From an uncultured Gammaproteobacteria bacterium (GTDB lineage: Bacteria; Patescibacteriota; Microgenomatia; CAYXHB01): DNA of 64,000 nt. The translations under genes and the position numbers were made by a program. Shown here piece after piece: positions 48,600 through 59,180 of this stretch. Position 1 is the stretch's first letter, and every line of letters begins with the position of its first letter. The stretch is from assembly GCA_964561945.1 (NCBI GenBank), contig CAZLQM010000003.1, forward strand, positions 1,954 to 65,953. Reading direction: 5' to 3'. The notes below the pieces were generated by a model. That model ran no database searches. It had not been told where the DNA came from and was given only the letters and a program-made list of their open reading frames with translations.

Positions 48600-49922
48600 T
48601 TAAGGTAGTGGAGTAGGGGTTGGTGTGGGTGTTGGGGGTGGAGGAAGGACTGGTAATGTAGTTGGATCAGCTTGTGGTCCTGCATTAGCATCGCAGTTTT
48701 GGTATGCATTGGATACCATGCCTGGACTAAACTCTTCATTGTCATCAGCGTAATAAATGACTTCGTCTATGTATCCTTGAAATTCTCCTCCCCAATCGCT
48801 GGTGTTAGTATAACCACCAATTGTTAGTGGATTGTTTAATGGGGTGCTGAATGCCGGATTTATTGTTGATGTACTAGTTTGTAGACCATTTATATATGTG
48901 TTAATTGTATTTGTAGTTCTGTTGAAGGTTAACATGACATGTGTCCATGCTGGTGGGGTGGTAGAAATTGATGTTTCTTCAATTTTAAATATTCCACCAT
49001 AATTTGTGTAAGAAATTCTAAAATTTCCATTTGCTATTATACTTCCTTTATCTTCTAACTTTGGTACATCAGGCTTAATCCAAGCACCCATAGCCATAAA
49101 GTTCATACTAGTTTCGTTGATTCCAGTTCCGACAATTTCTCCTCCAGCCACTCCTCCATAATAATACATGCTTCCTCCACAACCACCGGCATTGGGTACC
49201 CATACGTTATTTCCTGTTCCGTATTCTTTTATCAAAGTTTTTGCTTCGGTTTTGGTTATTGGATTAGTAAAGGTTAGTGTTGCTGTAGAACCAGAGATAT
49301 TAATTACTGGTGTATCTTTGTGGTTAAAATAATAAAAGTAACTTGGATTATTTACTGCTGTCGCTGGAGGTGGTAGCGTGCCACCTGCGGGTGGGGGAAC
49401 AATTGGTGGTGGGGGAATAATTACTGGAGCTATGTTGTAACCGCAAGTTGAGACTATAGGGGTACAAGTTAATCCTGTACAACAATTTAGTGATCCTCCA
49501 CAAGTTTCTCCAACTTTTTGGCAGGGGACGGGGGTTGGGGTAGGTACAAACTTAGGTGTAGGTATTGTTGATGCTGGTGGGGGAGTAAAGATTGAGCCTG
49601 GGGCTTGGAAGACTGAGATACCAAGGAAGTACTGGACAAGGAGAGCAATGGTGTAGGTTAGTGAGAGAACTGCAAAGCCAAAGAGGCAGTTGGTGATTTT
49701 GGTTCTGGATGAGCTGACGGTGTTAGTATCACCACCTGAGTTAATCCATTGGACTCCGTAGATGATAATACACATAAAGAGTATAAGAGCTCCGATGATG
49801 AGTGACCAACCTATGGCTTGAGAAATTAAGCCAAAGACATCAGTAATTTGGAAGGAGGTTTGAAGTTTTGGGTTACGTAGTTCAACATCAAGATTAGAGA
49901 CTATGGTTGCGTAGAGCCACAT
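48600..49922 (-). CDS. TrbC/VirB2-like pilin + Cys-knot-like motif + LamG-like domain
   Basis: Same N-terminus as 48030..48512; AWIKP, WTHV, YING, LTIGG, FQGYIDEV LamG motifs. Confidence 0.75.
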   Translation of the reverse strand: MWLYATIVSNLDVELRNPKLQTSFQITDVFGLISQAIGWSLIIGALILFMCIIIYGVQWINSGGDTNTVSSSRTKITNCLFGFAVLSLTYTIALLVQYFLGISVFQAPGSIFTPPPASTIPTPKFVPTPTPVPCQKVGETCGGSLNCCTGLTCTPIVSTCGYNIAPVIIPPPPIVPPPAGGTLPPPATAVNNPSYFYYFNHKDTPVINISGSTATLTFTNPITKTEAKTLIKEYGTGNNVWVPNAGGCGGSMYYYGGVAGGEIVGTGINETSMNFMAMGAWIKPDVPKLEDKGSIIANGNFRISYTNYGGIFKIEETSISTTPPAWTHVMLTFNRTTNTINTYINGLQTSTSTINPAFSTPLNNPLTIGGYTNTSDWGGEFQGYIDEVIYYADDNEEFSPGMVSNAYQNCDANAGPQADPTTLPVLPPPPTPTPTPTPLP

Positions 49923-49930
49923 ACGCTAAT
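49491..49930. repeat. 440-bp direct repeat, copy 2
   Basis: Identical by eye to 48081..48520. Confidence 0.9.
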
Positions 49931-50039
49931 AGTAGAAGTTTGGAGATTGAAACTCAAGAAGAGATTTGAATAGTAATTATTTTTTTCAGCTTCTTCTCAT
50001 ATTGATGTTTTAGAATGACAGATTATATATTGATGTTAT

Positions 50040-51236
50040 ATGAAAATTTTTAATAGGAATTTTTTCTTAGGAATTTTGTTTGGGGTTTTTTTGGCGGGCT
50101 TGTTTGTAAGTGGAGCGGTGGTTGATCGAGTTTGGGGTATTTCTGGGATTGAGAAAGTTGCAAGCTTGGTTGGGGTATCAATTCCATCTAATATGGATAT
50201 GAATAGTAATGGCACTATTACAAAAACTGTATTGAATGAGGAGTCAACTGTGATTGATGTGGCAGAAAAAGTTAGTCCTGCAGTGGTAACTGTGGGGATT
50301 AAGAAAAACCAGAGGATATTGAGGAACGATCCTTTTTTCGATCCGTTTGGATTTTTCCGTCAACAGCAACAGCCATCGATTGACACTCAAAAGATTGAAC
50401 GAGATATTGGTTCGGGATTTGTAGTGTCCAGTGATGGACTAGTAGTGACCAATAAGCATGTTGTGAGTGATGTGAATGCTGGATATGTGGTGATAACTAA
50501 AGATGGTAAGGAGTATGAAGTAGAAAAAATAGATCGTGATCCTTTGAATGACTTGGCAATTTTGAAAATAAATGCAAACGATTTGGCAACAGTAGCGATG
50601 GGGGACTCAGATGTGCTTAAGGTAGGACAGTCTGTAGTGGCAATAGGGACGGCATTGGGAGAATTTCGGCATACTGTAACCACTGGAGTAATTTCGGGTC
50701 TAGGACGAGGAATAACGGCGGGAGATGGTTATTTTCAAATGTCAGAAGAGCTTGATAACGTGATTCAGACTGATGCAGCGATTAATCCTGGTAATTCTGG
50801 TGGTCCGTTGTTAAATAGTTTGGGACAAGTAATTGGTGTAAACGTAGCCATTGCTCAAGGAAGTGAAAATATCGGATTTGCGTTGCCGGTGAATTTGATA
50901 AAAGATGCCTTGGATAGTTTTCAGAATCGAGGTGGGTTTGGAAATAGGGCTTACTTGGGAGTTAGATACTATATGATTAGTGAAAAATCTGCGATTGTAA
51001 ATGAAGTACCTCAAGGAGCTTATTTGGAAGATGTGGTTGAGGGATCTGCTGCCAATGTGGCGGGGCTTGAATCAGGAGATATTCTTGTGAAGTTTGATGG
51101 TAAAACAGTTAAAGATGTTAAAGGTGGATTGGCAGTGCTGATAAATGAAAAAAAGGCTGGAGATAAAGTGAAGATAGAGTATTGGAGAGATGGAGAGACT
51201 AAGAGTGTGGATGTTGAGTTGAAGGCAGGTGAGTAA
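50040..51236 (+). CDS. HtrA/DegP family serine protease (one PDZ)
   Basis: GSGF, TNKHVV, DLA, QTDAAINPGNSGGPL. Confidence 0.96.
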   Translation: MKIFNRNFFLGILFGVFLAGLFVSGAVVDRVWGISGIEKVASLVGVSIPSNMDMNSNGTITKTVLNEESTVIDVAEKVSPAVVTVGIKKNQRILRNDPFFDPFGFFRQQQQPSIDTQKIERDIGSGFVVSSDGLVVTNKHVVSDVNAGYVVITKDGKEYEVEKIDRDPLNDLAILKINANDLATVAMGDSDVLKVGQSVVAIGTALGEFRHTVTTGVISGLGRGITAGDGYFQMSEELDNVIQTDAAINPGNSGGPLLNSLGQVIGVNVAIAQGSENIGFALPVNLIKDALDSFQNRGGFGNRAYLGVRYYMISEKSAIVNEVPQGAYLEDVVEGSAANVAGLESGDILVKFDGKTVKDVKGGLAVLINEKKAGDKVKIEYWRDGETKSVDVELKAGE

Positions 51237-51239
51237 TTA

Positions 51240-52154
51240 TTATTCTTCGTCTTGAATATTATCTTGATCGGGATTGGGTGGGGTGGTTTGGAGAGTTTGG
51301 ACAATAGGTTCGAAGTTGCCTTCAAGAATAGAGCTTAGGTTGTACCATGACTTGCCGATGCGGTGATCTGTGATGCGGTCTTGGGGATAGTTATAGGTAC
51401 GAATTTTTTCGCTACGCATGCCACGACCGATGGCGAGGCGAGCATCGCCGAGTTTTTCGATACGTTCTTGTTCTTTGATTTCCCAAAGTCTGGAGGCAAG
51501 TAATTCCATGGCAATTTCACGGTTGCCGTGTTGGGTGCGATCTTGGTTGCATTCGACAACGACGCCTGTGGGCTTGTGCGTGAGTCGGACGGCAGTGGCA
51601 ACTTTGTTGACGTTTTGGCCGCCAGCACCTGCTGAACGTTTGAAAGCTACAAATTCGATGTCATCGTTTTTTAGTTCGACTTGAGCGGGTTTGATTTCAG
51701 GAAGGATAGCGATGGTGGCGGTAGAAGTGTGGATACGGCCAGATGATTCGGTGGTTGGCACACGTTGAACTCGATGGACGCCTGATTCGTATTGGAGAAG
51801 TTTGTAGACGTCTTTGCCTTTGAACTTGAGGACGTTGCCATCAAGGACTTCGATTTTCCAGCCTTTGATTTGTGCATATCTGGTGTACATATTGAGGAGA
51901 TCTTCGCCCCAGATTTTGGCTTCTTCACCACCTGCTGCACCTCTGACTTCGAGAATGGCAACGTTATTATTTGGTTGATTGGTAGAAGTGGGGGCGCCAT
52001 TGAGGGCTTGGGTGAAGTGAGTTAGTTGTTCTTTGAGAATTTTGATTTCTTCATCAGCAAGACTAGTCATCTCTGGATCTGCAGATTTGAGTTCTTCAAG
52101 CTGGGTAATTTGATTGTTAAGATCTTCAATTTGTTGTTCTAGATAGTTTGACAT
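51240..52154 (-). CDS. prfA: Peptide chain release factor 1 (short N-terminus)
   Basis: GGEEA, ESGVHRVQRVPTTE, GAGGQNVNK, RTYNYPQDRITDHR. Confidence 0.95.
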   Translation of the reverse strand: MSNYLEQQIEDLNNQITQLEELKSADPEMTSLADEEIKILKEQLTHFTQALNGAPTSTNQPNNNVAILEVRGAAGGEEAKIWGEDLLNMYTRYAQIKGWKIEVLDGNVLKFKGKDVYKLLQYESGVHRVQRVPTTESSGRIHTSTATIAILPEIKPAQVELKNDDIEFVAFKRSAGAGGQNVNKVATAVRLTHKPTGVVVECNQDRTQHGNREIAMELLASRLWEIKEQERIEKLGDARLAIGRGMRSEKIRTYNYPQDRITDHRIGKSWYNLSSILEGNFEPIVQTLQTTPPNPDQDNIQDEE

Positions 52155-52202
52155 AGATTAAGTCTATACTATAAGTTAAAAATGTGAGAATGACAACTGA
52201 AG

Positions 52203-52526
52203 TTAGTTGTTGGATTTGGAGATGGTTTTTTTGGCTTTGCTAAGCATTTCTTTGAGAGAAAGATCTTCAGTTTCAGTTTTGGCAACTGGTTTGGCTTTAG
52301 ATTTTTTGGGAGTGGATAGTGACTCTGCTTGTTTGATTTGAGCTGTAAATTTGTCGACTCGACCAGCAAGATCGATGTAACGAACTTCACCTGTGAAGAA
52401 AGGATGACAAGCGGAGCAGAGCTCGACTTTGATGGCTGGTAAGGTTGAGCCTGTAGTAAATGTATTGCCACAAGCGCAAGTAACGGGAACCTCGTCATGA
52501 TAATTAGGATGGATATTTTGTTTCAT
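52203..52526 (-). CDS. rpmE: 50S ribosomal protein L31
   Basis: [28 protein letters not shown]. Confidence 0.96.
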   Translation of the reverse strand: MKQNIHPNYHDEVPVTCACGNTFTTGSTLPAIKVELCSACHPFFTGEVRYIDLAGRVDKFTAQIKQAESLSTPKKSKAKPVAKTETEDLSLKEMLSKAKKTISKSNN

Positions 52527-52696
52527 AGACCTTGCATATTGTAACATTGAGGGGCTTTTTTTGCTAGGGATGGTAAGAATGGTTTATTGTTTTGTGGATG
52601 TTGTCTTGTTGAATTTGAGGTTTTGAGGGGATTTATAAAAAGGATCAAAGGTGGCACTCGAATAGTTGGGGGATTTATTGTTAGTATATTAGGAGT

Positions 52697-54403
52697 ATGT
52701 TCGTAGAAATTGCCATGGTAGTAATGGTGGCCGCGGTTTTGGGAGTGATTATGGATCGGTTAGGGCAACCCACGATGATTGGATATATAATCGCGGGCTT
52801 ATTGGTGGCAGGTGTGGCTGGGAATTTAACTGAGAGTGAGTTGTTGATTACAATGTTAGAAAACTTAGGTCAAGTTGGAGTAGTTTTGTTGTTATTTTTG
52901 GTGGGGATGGAGTTGTCGGCTCCGAGGGTTAGTGCTGTGGGTAGAGCTGCGTTATTGGTGGGGTTGGGGCAGTTGGTGGTGACAATTAGTTTGGGATGGT
53001 TGATGACGACGTGGATGGGGTATTCGTGGATTAGTGCTTTGTTTATTGCTGTAGCATTGGCGTTTAGTAGTACTGTGGTGGTAGTAAAGCTGTTGAATGA
53101 ACGTGGAGATTTGCACAGTCTGCATGGTCGGATCGCGGTTGGGTTTTTGTTGGTTCAGGATATGGCTGCAGTTTTTTTGTTGGTGTTATTGTCATCTTTG
53201 GGAACGGGGGCATTTGGATGGGAAACTTTGGGACTATTGGCTTTGAAATCAATTTTGATCATTGGAGCAGTGTGGTGGCTGTCTGTCAAAGGAGTCCCTT
53301 TGATAATGGAAAAGTTAAACTTGTCTCCAGAGTTACTATTTTTAACGTCTGTGGCGTGGGGATTGGGACTGGCTGCATTGATGGTATGGTCTCCGATTGG
53401 ATTTACGATTGAAGCAGGAGGTTTTTTGGCTGGTGTTACTCTAGCAAATACGATTCAGCATCATGAGATTATATCGAGATTGCGACCTCTGCGTGATTTT
53501 TTTGTAATGATATTTTTTGTGGTGATGGCGTTTGAGTTGTTTCATACAATAGGGATGGTTAATTGGTGGCAGGTGGTGGCTTTGTCGGTGTTTGTCTTGG
53601 TAGGAAACCCATTGATTGTGGTTATTTTGATGTGGCAATTGGGTTATCGAGCTAGGACAGGATTTTTGGTTAGTTTGGCTGTAGCTCAGATAAGTGAGTT
53701 CAGTTTGATTTTGGTTGGAGTGGCATATTCGATGGGACAGGTAGGCAAAGATACGGTGGGTTTGATTACTTTAGTAGCAATTATTACTTTTGGAGTGAGT
53801 GCTTATTTGATAGTTCACGGGTTTAAATTATGGACTCATTTGGGCCCAATTTTGAAAAAATTTGAAAAAAAACGCGGAATGATCGTAAGTGGGGTAGAGG
53901 AAAAAAAGTGGAAAGATCATATTGTTTTGATTGGGTGTCATCGAAGTGGAAATATGCTGTTGAGTCATTTAGGGAAGTATGATTTGCCAATGGTGATCAT
54001 GGATTTTAATCCTGAGGTGGTTAATATGCTTGAAAAACAGGATAGGGCAGTGGTGTTAGGAGATTTGGATGATGTTGAAGTTTATGAACCTGTAGGGTTA
54101 GCCGATGCAAAAATTGTGATATCAACGGTGTTTGATGCAAGAGGAACAAAGACAATGTTAGAGTACCTCCAAAATCATGGATCAAAGAGAAATCAATTGA
54201 TTGTTGTGACAACTGATTATATTAAAGAAGCTGAAGAGTTTTATAAATTGGGAGCCAGTTATGTTAATTTGCCTCGTTTGGTGAGCGGTTGGCACTTGGG
54301 GCAATTAATTGGTCGGGCGATTAGGAAGAATGATTTTGAACAAGTTAAGATTAAGGGAGAGCTTGAGTATTCGAAGATAATTAAAGAGAGTGTGATGATA
54401 TGA
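52697..54403 (+). CDS. CPA2 cation:proton antiporter with TrkA-N domain (Kef-like)
   Basis: LFLVGMEL, FSST.VVVK, LLVQD, QISEFS, IGCHRSG. Confidence 0.92.
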   Translation: MFVEIAMVVMVAAVLGVIMDRLGQPTMIGYIIAGLLVAGVAGNLTESELLITMLENLGQVGVVLLLFLVGMELSAPRVSAVGRAALLVGLGQLVVTISLGWLMTTWMGYSWISALFIAVALAFSSTVVVVKLLNERGDLHSLHGRIAVGFLLVQDMAAVFLLVLLSSLGTGAFGWETLGLLALKSILIIGAVWWLSVKGVPLIMEKLNLSPELLFLTSVAWGLGLAALMVWSPIGFTIEAGGFLAGVTLANTIQHHEIISRLRPLRDFFVMIFFVVMAFELFHTIGMVNWWQVVALSVFVLVGNPLIVVILMWQLGYRARTGFLVSLAVAQISEFSLILVGVAYSMGQVGKDTVGLITLVAIITFGVSAYLIVHGFKLWTHLGPILKKFEKKRGMIVSGVEEKKWKDHIVLIGCHRSGNMLLSHLGKYDLPMVIMDFNPEVVNMLEKQDRAVVLGDLDDVEVYEPVGLADAKIVISTVFDARGTKTMLEYLQNHGSKRNQLIVVTTDYIKEAEEFYKLGASYVNLPRLVSGWHLGQLIGRAIRKNDFEQVKIKGELEYSKIIKESVMI

Positions 54404-55332
54404 AGAAAATTGTTTGGTTATTATTGGGAATAATTGTAATAGGCGTAATTGTGGGGGGTGGATGGTGGTTAATGAGTGAGAAAAAGAAATCAGTTTGGGA
54501 TGGGGAAAGCAGGATAGGAGTAGTGTTGTTTGTGAATAAAGGGGACGGACATGAATTGATGTTGATGTCTTATGAACCCGATGGTGAAGCGGTGTGGACT
54601 TATTTGCCTGCTGATATGCAAATTGGAGTTAGTCGAGGATATGGGAAGTACTCGGCAAGTTCACTGTGGAATTTGTCAGAACAAGAGAATGATCGAAGAT
54701 TGTTAACTGAGTCAGTTACGTTATTATTAGGAGTTCCGTTTGAGTGGTGGGTAAATATAGGTCAGGAGAATTTGAGTTGTAATGATATGAATTGGGAGTG
54801 TATAAAAAGTGGATTAGTTTATGGACGAAATCATTTACGGTTATTAACAAATATGGTGTGGTGGGATAGAATGAAGTTATTGTGGAGAATGAGGGATTTG
54901 GATATAGGTGACGTGGTAAATTTAGACGTTACTAAGGCTGGCAGGTCGAAGAGTGAAGTTGAGGTTGATGGTAAAGAGGTGTTGGTTTATTTAGATGAGT
55001 ACACAGGTTCGAGGTTGGTTGATCGACGAATTAGGAATGAAGCGTTGAGTATACGAATAGTAAATACATTGATGATAAATGGATTAGGGAGTGCAGTTGA
55101 ACGAGTAATTGTTGGAATGGGGGGTAGAGTAGTTTCAGTTGAATCTATTCCTACGGATATTGGGAAGTGTTTGGTTAAAGGAAATGAGAGTATGTTGAAG
55201 TCATTGACTGCTAAGAAAATGATGAGTTTGTGGAATTGTGAACCAAGTGTTGGGGTGGTTGATTCTAAGGCGAATTTAGAGTTTTGGGTGGGGAAAAATA
55301 CGGGTGAATGGTTAGTTGGTAAGGATAAGTAG
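54400..55332 (+). CDS. Membrane-anchored LCP/LytR-C-like protein
   Basis: N-terminal TM; I.IVN....GLG....R LytR_C-like motif. Confidence 0.55.
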   Translation: MKKIVWLLLGIIVIGVIVGGGWWLMSEKKKSVWDGESRIGVVLFVNKGDGHELMLMSYEPDGEAVWTYLPADMQIGVSRGYGKYSASSLWNLSEQENDRRLLTESVTLLLGVPFEWWVNIGQENLSCNDMNWECIKSGLVYGRNHLRLLTNMVWWDRMKLLWRMRDLDIGDVVNLDVTKAGRSKSEVEVDGKEVLVYLDEYTGSRLVDRRIRNEALSIRIVNTLMINGLGSAVERVIVGMGGRVVSVESIPTDIGKCLVKGNESMLKSLTAKKMMSLWNCEPSVGVVDSKANLEFWVGKNTGEWLVGKDK

Positions 55333-55338
55333 TCTTAG

Positions 55339-55956
55339 TTAAATTGTTTTGTGGCCTGTTTCTTGAATCATGATTTGGATTTTGTTGGAAGAAGTTTCTT
55401 TGATACAAGCTGAAAAAGTGTGGCCATTTTTGGAAAGTTGGTTAAATCTAAATGCCATGTCGTCTGGTAATTTGCCAATATGCCTGTCTAGATGGTCGAG
55501 AACGGAAATAGTGCGTTTGCTAAAATGCATCTTGATAATATCTCCACAACTTAAACTGGCGATAACTTCTGATGGACCTAAATTAACTAAGTTAACTAAT
55601 TTGGTTACACCTGGTTTCTTGATAAAAAGCTCTTGATTTGCGACAGTTGTTTTGTTGAGAGATGGAGTTTGGATATGATGTTTGAGGTTATTAAGTTTTT
55701 CTAGATTTTTGATGGCTATGGAGTTTTGGGGGTCAATATCAAGGACTTTTTGGTAGGTTTTTTGAGCTTGGTTAAGTTCACCCATTGCAGTATAAGCTCT
55801 ACCGAGACGATTGAGGGTTGCGGTGTCGTTGGGATTAGTAGAAATAATTTTTTTGTTTATATCGATTGCGAGTTTCCAATTTCCTTGGGTGGCGGCTGTT
55901 ATTGCTTGGGTATTTAGGTCGGGTAAGGATTTTGAAGTATTGAGATGGGTATTCAT
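55339..55956 (-). CDS. TPR protein
   Basis: W..AI..N, LNRLGRAY, YQKVL.IDP.N.IA. Confidence 0.8.
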   Translation of the reverse strand: MNTHLNTSKSLPDLNTQAITAATQGNWKLAIDINKKIISTNPNDTATLNRLGRAYTAMGELNQAQKTYQKVLDIDPQNSIAIKNLEKLNNLKHHIQTPSLNKTTVANQELFIKKPGVTKLVNLVNLGPSEVIASLSCGDIIKMHFSKRTISVLDHLDRHIGKLPDDMAFRFNQLSKNGHTFSACIKETSSNKIQIMIQETGHKTI

Positions 55957-56075
55957 GTATGTTTTTTGTAGAGAGTGACAAAAAATAGTTAAATGAGATA
56001 TAACCATTTTTGGGTGATGTTTGTCAATGGTTGGTAGTTTTGGATAGATCTTGTAGAGTATAATTAGTTTTTGTT

Positions 56076-56807
56076 ATGTCAGGGCACAGCAAATGGTCAC
56101 AAATTAAGCGACAAAAAGGAATTACAGATCAGAAGCGAGCAAATGTTTTTACCAAGCTGGCTAGGTTTATTACCGTGGCTGTAAAGGAGAGCGGAGGGAT
56201 TGGAGACCCTGATATGAATTATAAGTTGAGGTTAGCGGTGGAAAAGGCAAAGCAGAGTAATATGCCAAAATCTAACATTGATCGGGCAATTGATTTAGGT
56301 ACTGGCAAAGGTGGGGAACATAATATGGAGTATGGAATGTATGAAGGATATGGACCGGGAGGAATAGCGGTGATGGTTGAAACTGTGAGTGATAATCCTG
56401 TGAGGACTTATCAAGACCTGAAACACACTTTTGACAAAAGAGGTGGAAATCTAGCACAAATGGGAGCTGTGGGGTATATGTTTGATCATGTGGGGAAGTT
56501 AGTAATAGATCAAAGTTTGAATGAAGAAAAACAATTAGAGTTAATGGATGTTGAGGGGGTAGTGGATGTTGAAAATGGTGAAGAAAGTACCTTGATATTT
56601 ACAGATGCCAAAGAGTTAAAACAGGTTCAGGATCGGTTGATTGAAATGAAATATAGCATAAGCGAAGCAGGTCTGGTAATGAGACCAAAACAACCGGTCG
56701 CGATTGATGAAGAGATGGTTGAAAGAGTAGGAGAATTTGTGGAGCATTTAGAAGACAATGATGATGTGCAACAGGTTTATATCAATGTAGATTCTCGTTA
56801 TGTCTAA
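56076..56807 (+). CDS. yebC: YebC/PmpR family protein
   Basis: MSGHSKWSQIKRQKG, NMPK.NI.RAI, YEGYGPGG, DDVQ.VY. Confidence 0.96.
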   Translation: MSGHSKWSQIKRQKGITDQKRANVFTKLARFITVAVKESGGIGDPDMNYKLRLAVEKAKQSNMPKSNIDRAIDLGTGKGGEHNMEYGMYEGYGPGGIAVMVETVSDNPVRTYQDLKHTFDKRGGNLAQMGAVGYMFDHVGKLVIDQSLNEEKQLELMDVEGVVDVENGEESTLIFTDAKELKQVQDRLIEMKYSISEAGLVMRPKQPVAIDEEMVERVGEFVEHLEDNDDVQQVYINVDSRYV

Positions 56808-57630
56808 AAGGCAAAGATCGGTGATTACGGCGTTGGTGCTGACTTTTATGTTAGTGTGGGTGAATTTGATTGATAATTTACGGTGGAGGTATGGAATAAT
56901 TGGTTTTTCGACAGTTTTGGCACCGATTATGACTGCGTGGTCGATGAAGGAGGTTTGGGTGGGATTATCACGAGGAATGACATTAATTTTGCCTTTGATG
57001 CTGATGTTGGGGGCTGCGATGTTTACGTTTCTTTTACCTGATGTTGTACCTGGAATTGGAAATTGGTTTTGGGGAGTAGATGTGGGTTTGTGGATTGGAT
57101 GGATATTACGGATTGTGTTTTGGAGTGCGTATGGGTTTGCTGTGTATTTATTATTATTAACGGAGAATATTTTTGCGGTGAGTGCAATTAGAACTATTCC
57201 GTTAGTTCGGGCAGCTTCGGTAGCAGGTTATTTGTTGACTTTGGTGAGTGCTTTTTTCTTGTATTACGCAATTTTGTCATTTAGATTGCCTTATTATTAT
57301 AATTTTTTGTATGTAGGATTAGTCAGTTTTCCATTGATATTACAAAGTTTATGGTCGGTGAGTTTGGGCGAGCGAATTACAAAATCATTGAGTTATGTAA
57401 CTTTTGTGTTGGCTTGGGCATTGATGCAGTTGGTAGCGGTGTTGTCTTTTTGGGATATGAGTGTGGGAGTGATTTCAGTGTTAATGACAGTGTGGTTGTA
57501 TGTGCTGTTGGGAATTTGTCAGCATTGGTTGATTAGGCGATTGTTTGTGCGAACTGTGTGGGAGTATGTGGGATTGGGATGTTTTGTATGCACTGTGGTA
57601 GGGATTTATTACTGGGCATTTTTAACTTAA
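56800..57630 (+). CDS. Conserved multi-pass membrane protein
   Basis: About 8 TMs, ENIF.V...RTIPL.RAA motif. Confidence 0.65.
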   Translation: MSKRQRSVITALVLTFMLVWVNLIDNLRWRYGIIGFSTVLAPIMTAWSMKEVWVGLSRGMTLILPLMLMLGAAMFTFLLPDVVPGIGNWFWGVDVGLWIGWILRIVFWSAYGFAVYLLLLTENIFAVSAIRTIPLVRAASVAGYLLTLVSAFFLYYAILSFRLPYYYNFLYVGLVSFPLILQSLWSVSLGERITKSLSYVTFVLAWALMQLVAVLSFWDMSVGVISVLMTVWLYVLLGICQHWLIRRLFVRTVWEYVGLGCFVCTVVGIYYWAFLT

Positions 57631-57642
57631 TTTAAAAGCAAG

Positions 57643-58905
57643 ATGAAATTTAAAGTATTGGCAAGTCAGAGAAATGCTCGTGTGGGTGAGATTGAAACGG
57701 ATCACGGTACAATATCTACCCCTGCGTTTGTGCCTGTAGGAACTCAGGCAACGGTCAAGAGTTTGGTAAGTGAAGATTTGGATGATTTGGGAGCAAGTTG
57801 TGTGTTGGCAAATACTTATCATCTGTATCTGCGACCTGGACATGAGGTTATAGAATCCTTGGGTGGATTACATAAATTTATGTCATATGACAAACCGATT
57901 TTTACTGATAGCGGAGGGTTTCAGGTGTTTTCGCTTGGTATTGCAATGGAGCAAGGGATTGGAAAGGTGATTGATTTGTTCGCGGATGATTCGCGGGAAG
58001 AAATGTCGTTGAATAAAAAGATTGAGAATATAAAAGAGCAAACTGCAATTTTGGATCGAAGATCTTTTTGTAAAATTGACGATGAAGGGGCAACTTTTAT
58101 GTCCCATTTGGATGGAACTCTGCATCGTTGGACAGCAGAAAAAAGTATGGAGATACAATCTGCTTTGGGTGCTGATTTGATATTTGCAATGGATGAGTGT
58201 ACTTCGCCGACCCATGATTATGAATATACGAAAAAATCTATGTATCGATCTCATGATTGGGAGAAGAGAAGTTTGGATAAATTTGCTATTTTGCAGTCAT
58301 TGCGGAAAAGCAAAGGTTTGTATGGACAAGGTTTGTACGGGATAATTCAAGGAGGGCAATATCAGGATTTGCGTGAGGAGTCGACTCGGTTCGTGGTAGA
58401 AAATAATTTTGATGGAATTGGAATTGGCGGGGCTTTGGTGTCCAAAAGGATTATGGGCGATGTTTTGGGCTATATAAAGCCATATTTGGACGATAATAGG
58501 CCACGACATTTATTGGGAATTGGGGGAGTGGATGATATTTTGGTAGGGGTGAGTCAGGGAGTCGATACTTTTGATTGTGCGCATCCAACTAGGATTGCAA
58601 GACGAGGACATTTGTTGATTCGGCCAGAATCAGGTGGAAATATAAAGAATAAATGGAGAGTTGCAGTTGCAAGTAGTGATTGGGTAGGTGATAGTGGACC
58701 GATCGATAGGGCGTGTGATTGTTTTGCTTGTCGGAATTACAGTCGGAGTTATATAAAGCATTTATATTGGGCAGCTGAGCTAAGCTATCATCGATTGGCG
58801 ACAATTCATAATTTGCGATTTATGATAAAGCTGATGGAAGATATTAGAGAATCAATATTTGAGAATAAATTTGACCAATTTAAATCAAGGTGGATGGTAG
58901 AATAG
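57643..58905 (+). CDS. tgt: tRNA-guanine transglycosylase
   Basis: TP.F.PVGT, ANTYHL, TDSGGFQVFS, DEC, GIIQGG, DTFDC, CDCFAC, HN. Confidence 0.96.
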   Translation: MKFKVLASQRNARVGEIETDHGTISTPAFVPVGTQATVKSLVSEDLDDLGASCVLANTYHLYLRPGHEVIESLGGLHKFMSYDKPIFTDSGGFQVFSLGIAMEQGIGKVIDLFADDSREEMSLNKKIENIKEQTAILDRRSFCKIDDEGATFMSHLDGTLHRWTAEKSMEIQSALGADLIFAMDECTSPTHDYEYTKKSMYRSHDWEKRSLDKFAILQSLRKSKGLYGQGLYGIIQGGQYQDLREESTRFVVENNFDGIGIGGALVSKRIMGDVLGYIKPYLDDNRPRHLLGIGGVDDILVGVSQGVDTFDCAHPTRIARRGHLLIRPESGGNIKNKWRVAVASSDWVGDSGPIDRACDCFACRNYSRSYIKHLYWAAELSYHRLATIHNLRFMIKLMEDIRESIFENKFDQFKSRWMVE

Positions 58906-59180
58906 AGGAGTTTTCACGACATTTGTTTCACATCCTATAATAATTATAGGACTTTAGTGTATTGAAGTAAGTTTTGAGCGATGCATAGGTTTGCATGCGG
59001 AAAATATTTAGTTGTTATTTTAATTAAAATGTAAGTTGACTTCTGTGTCAGGAGAAGTGATAAAAGAGCTAATTTGTGTATGTTATAAGTATTTTTTTTG
59101 AAGAATTTAGAGTCAGGTTTGGTGATATGAGAATAATTAATATTAGGTCTATTCTACTATGGTGGAGAGGTGGATAATGT

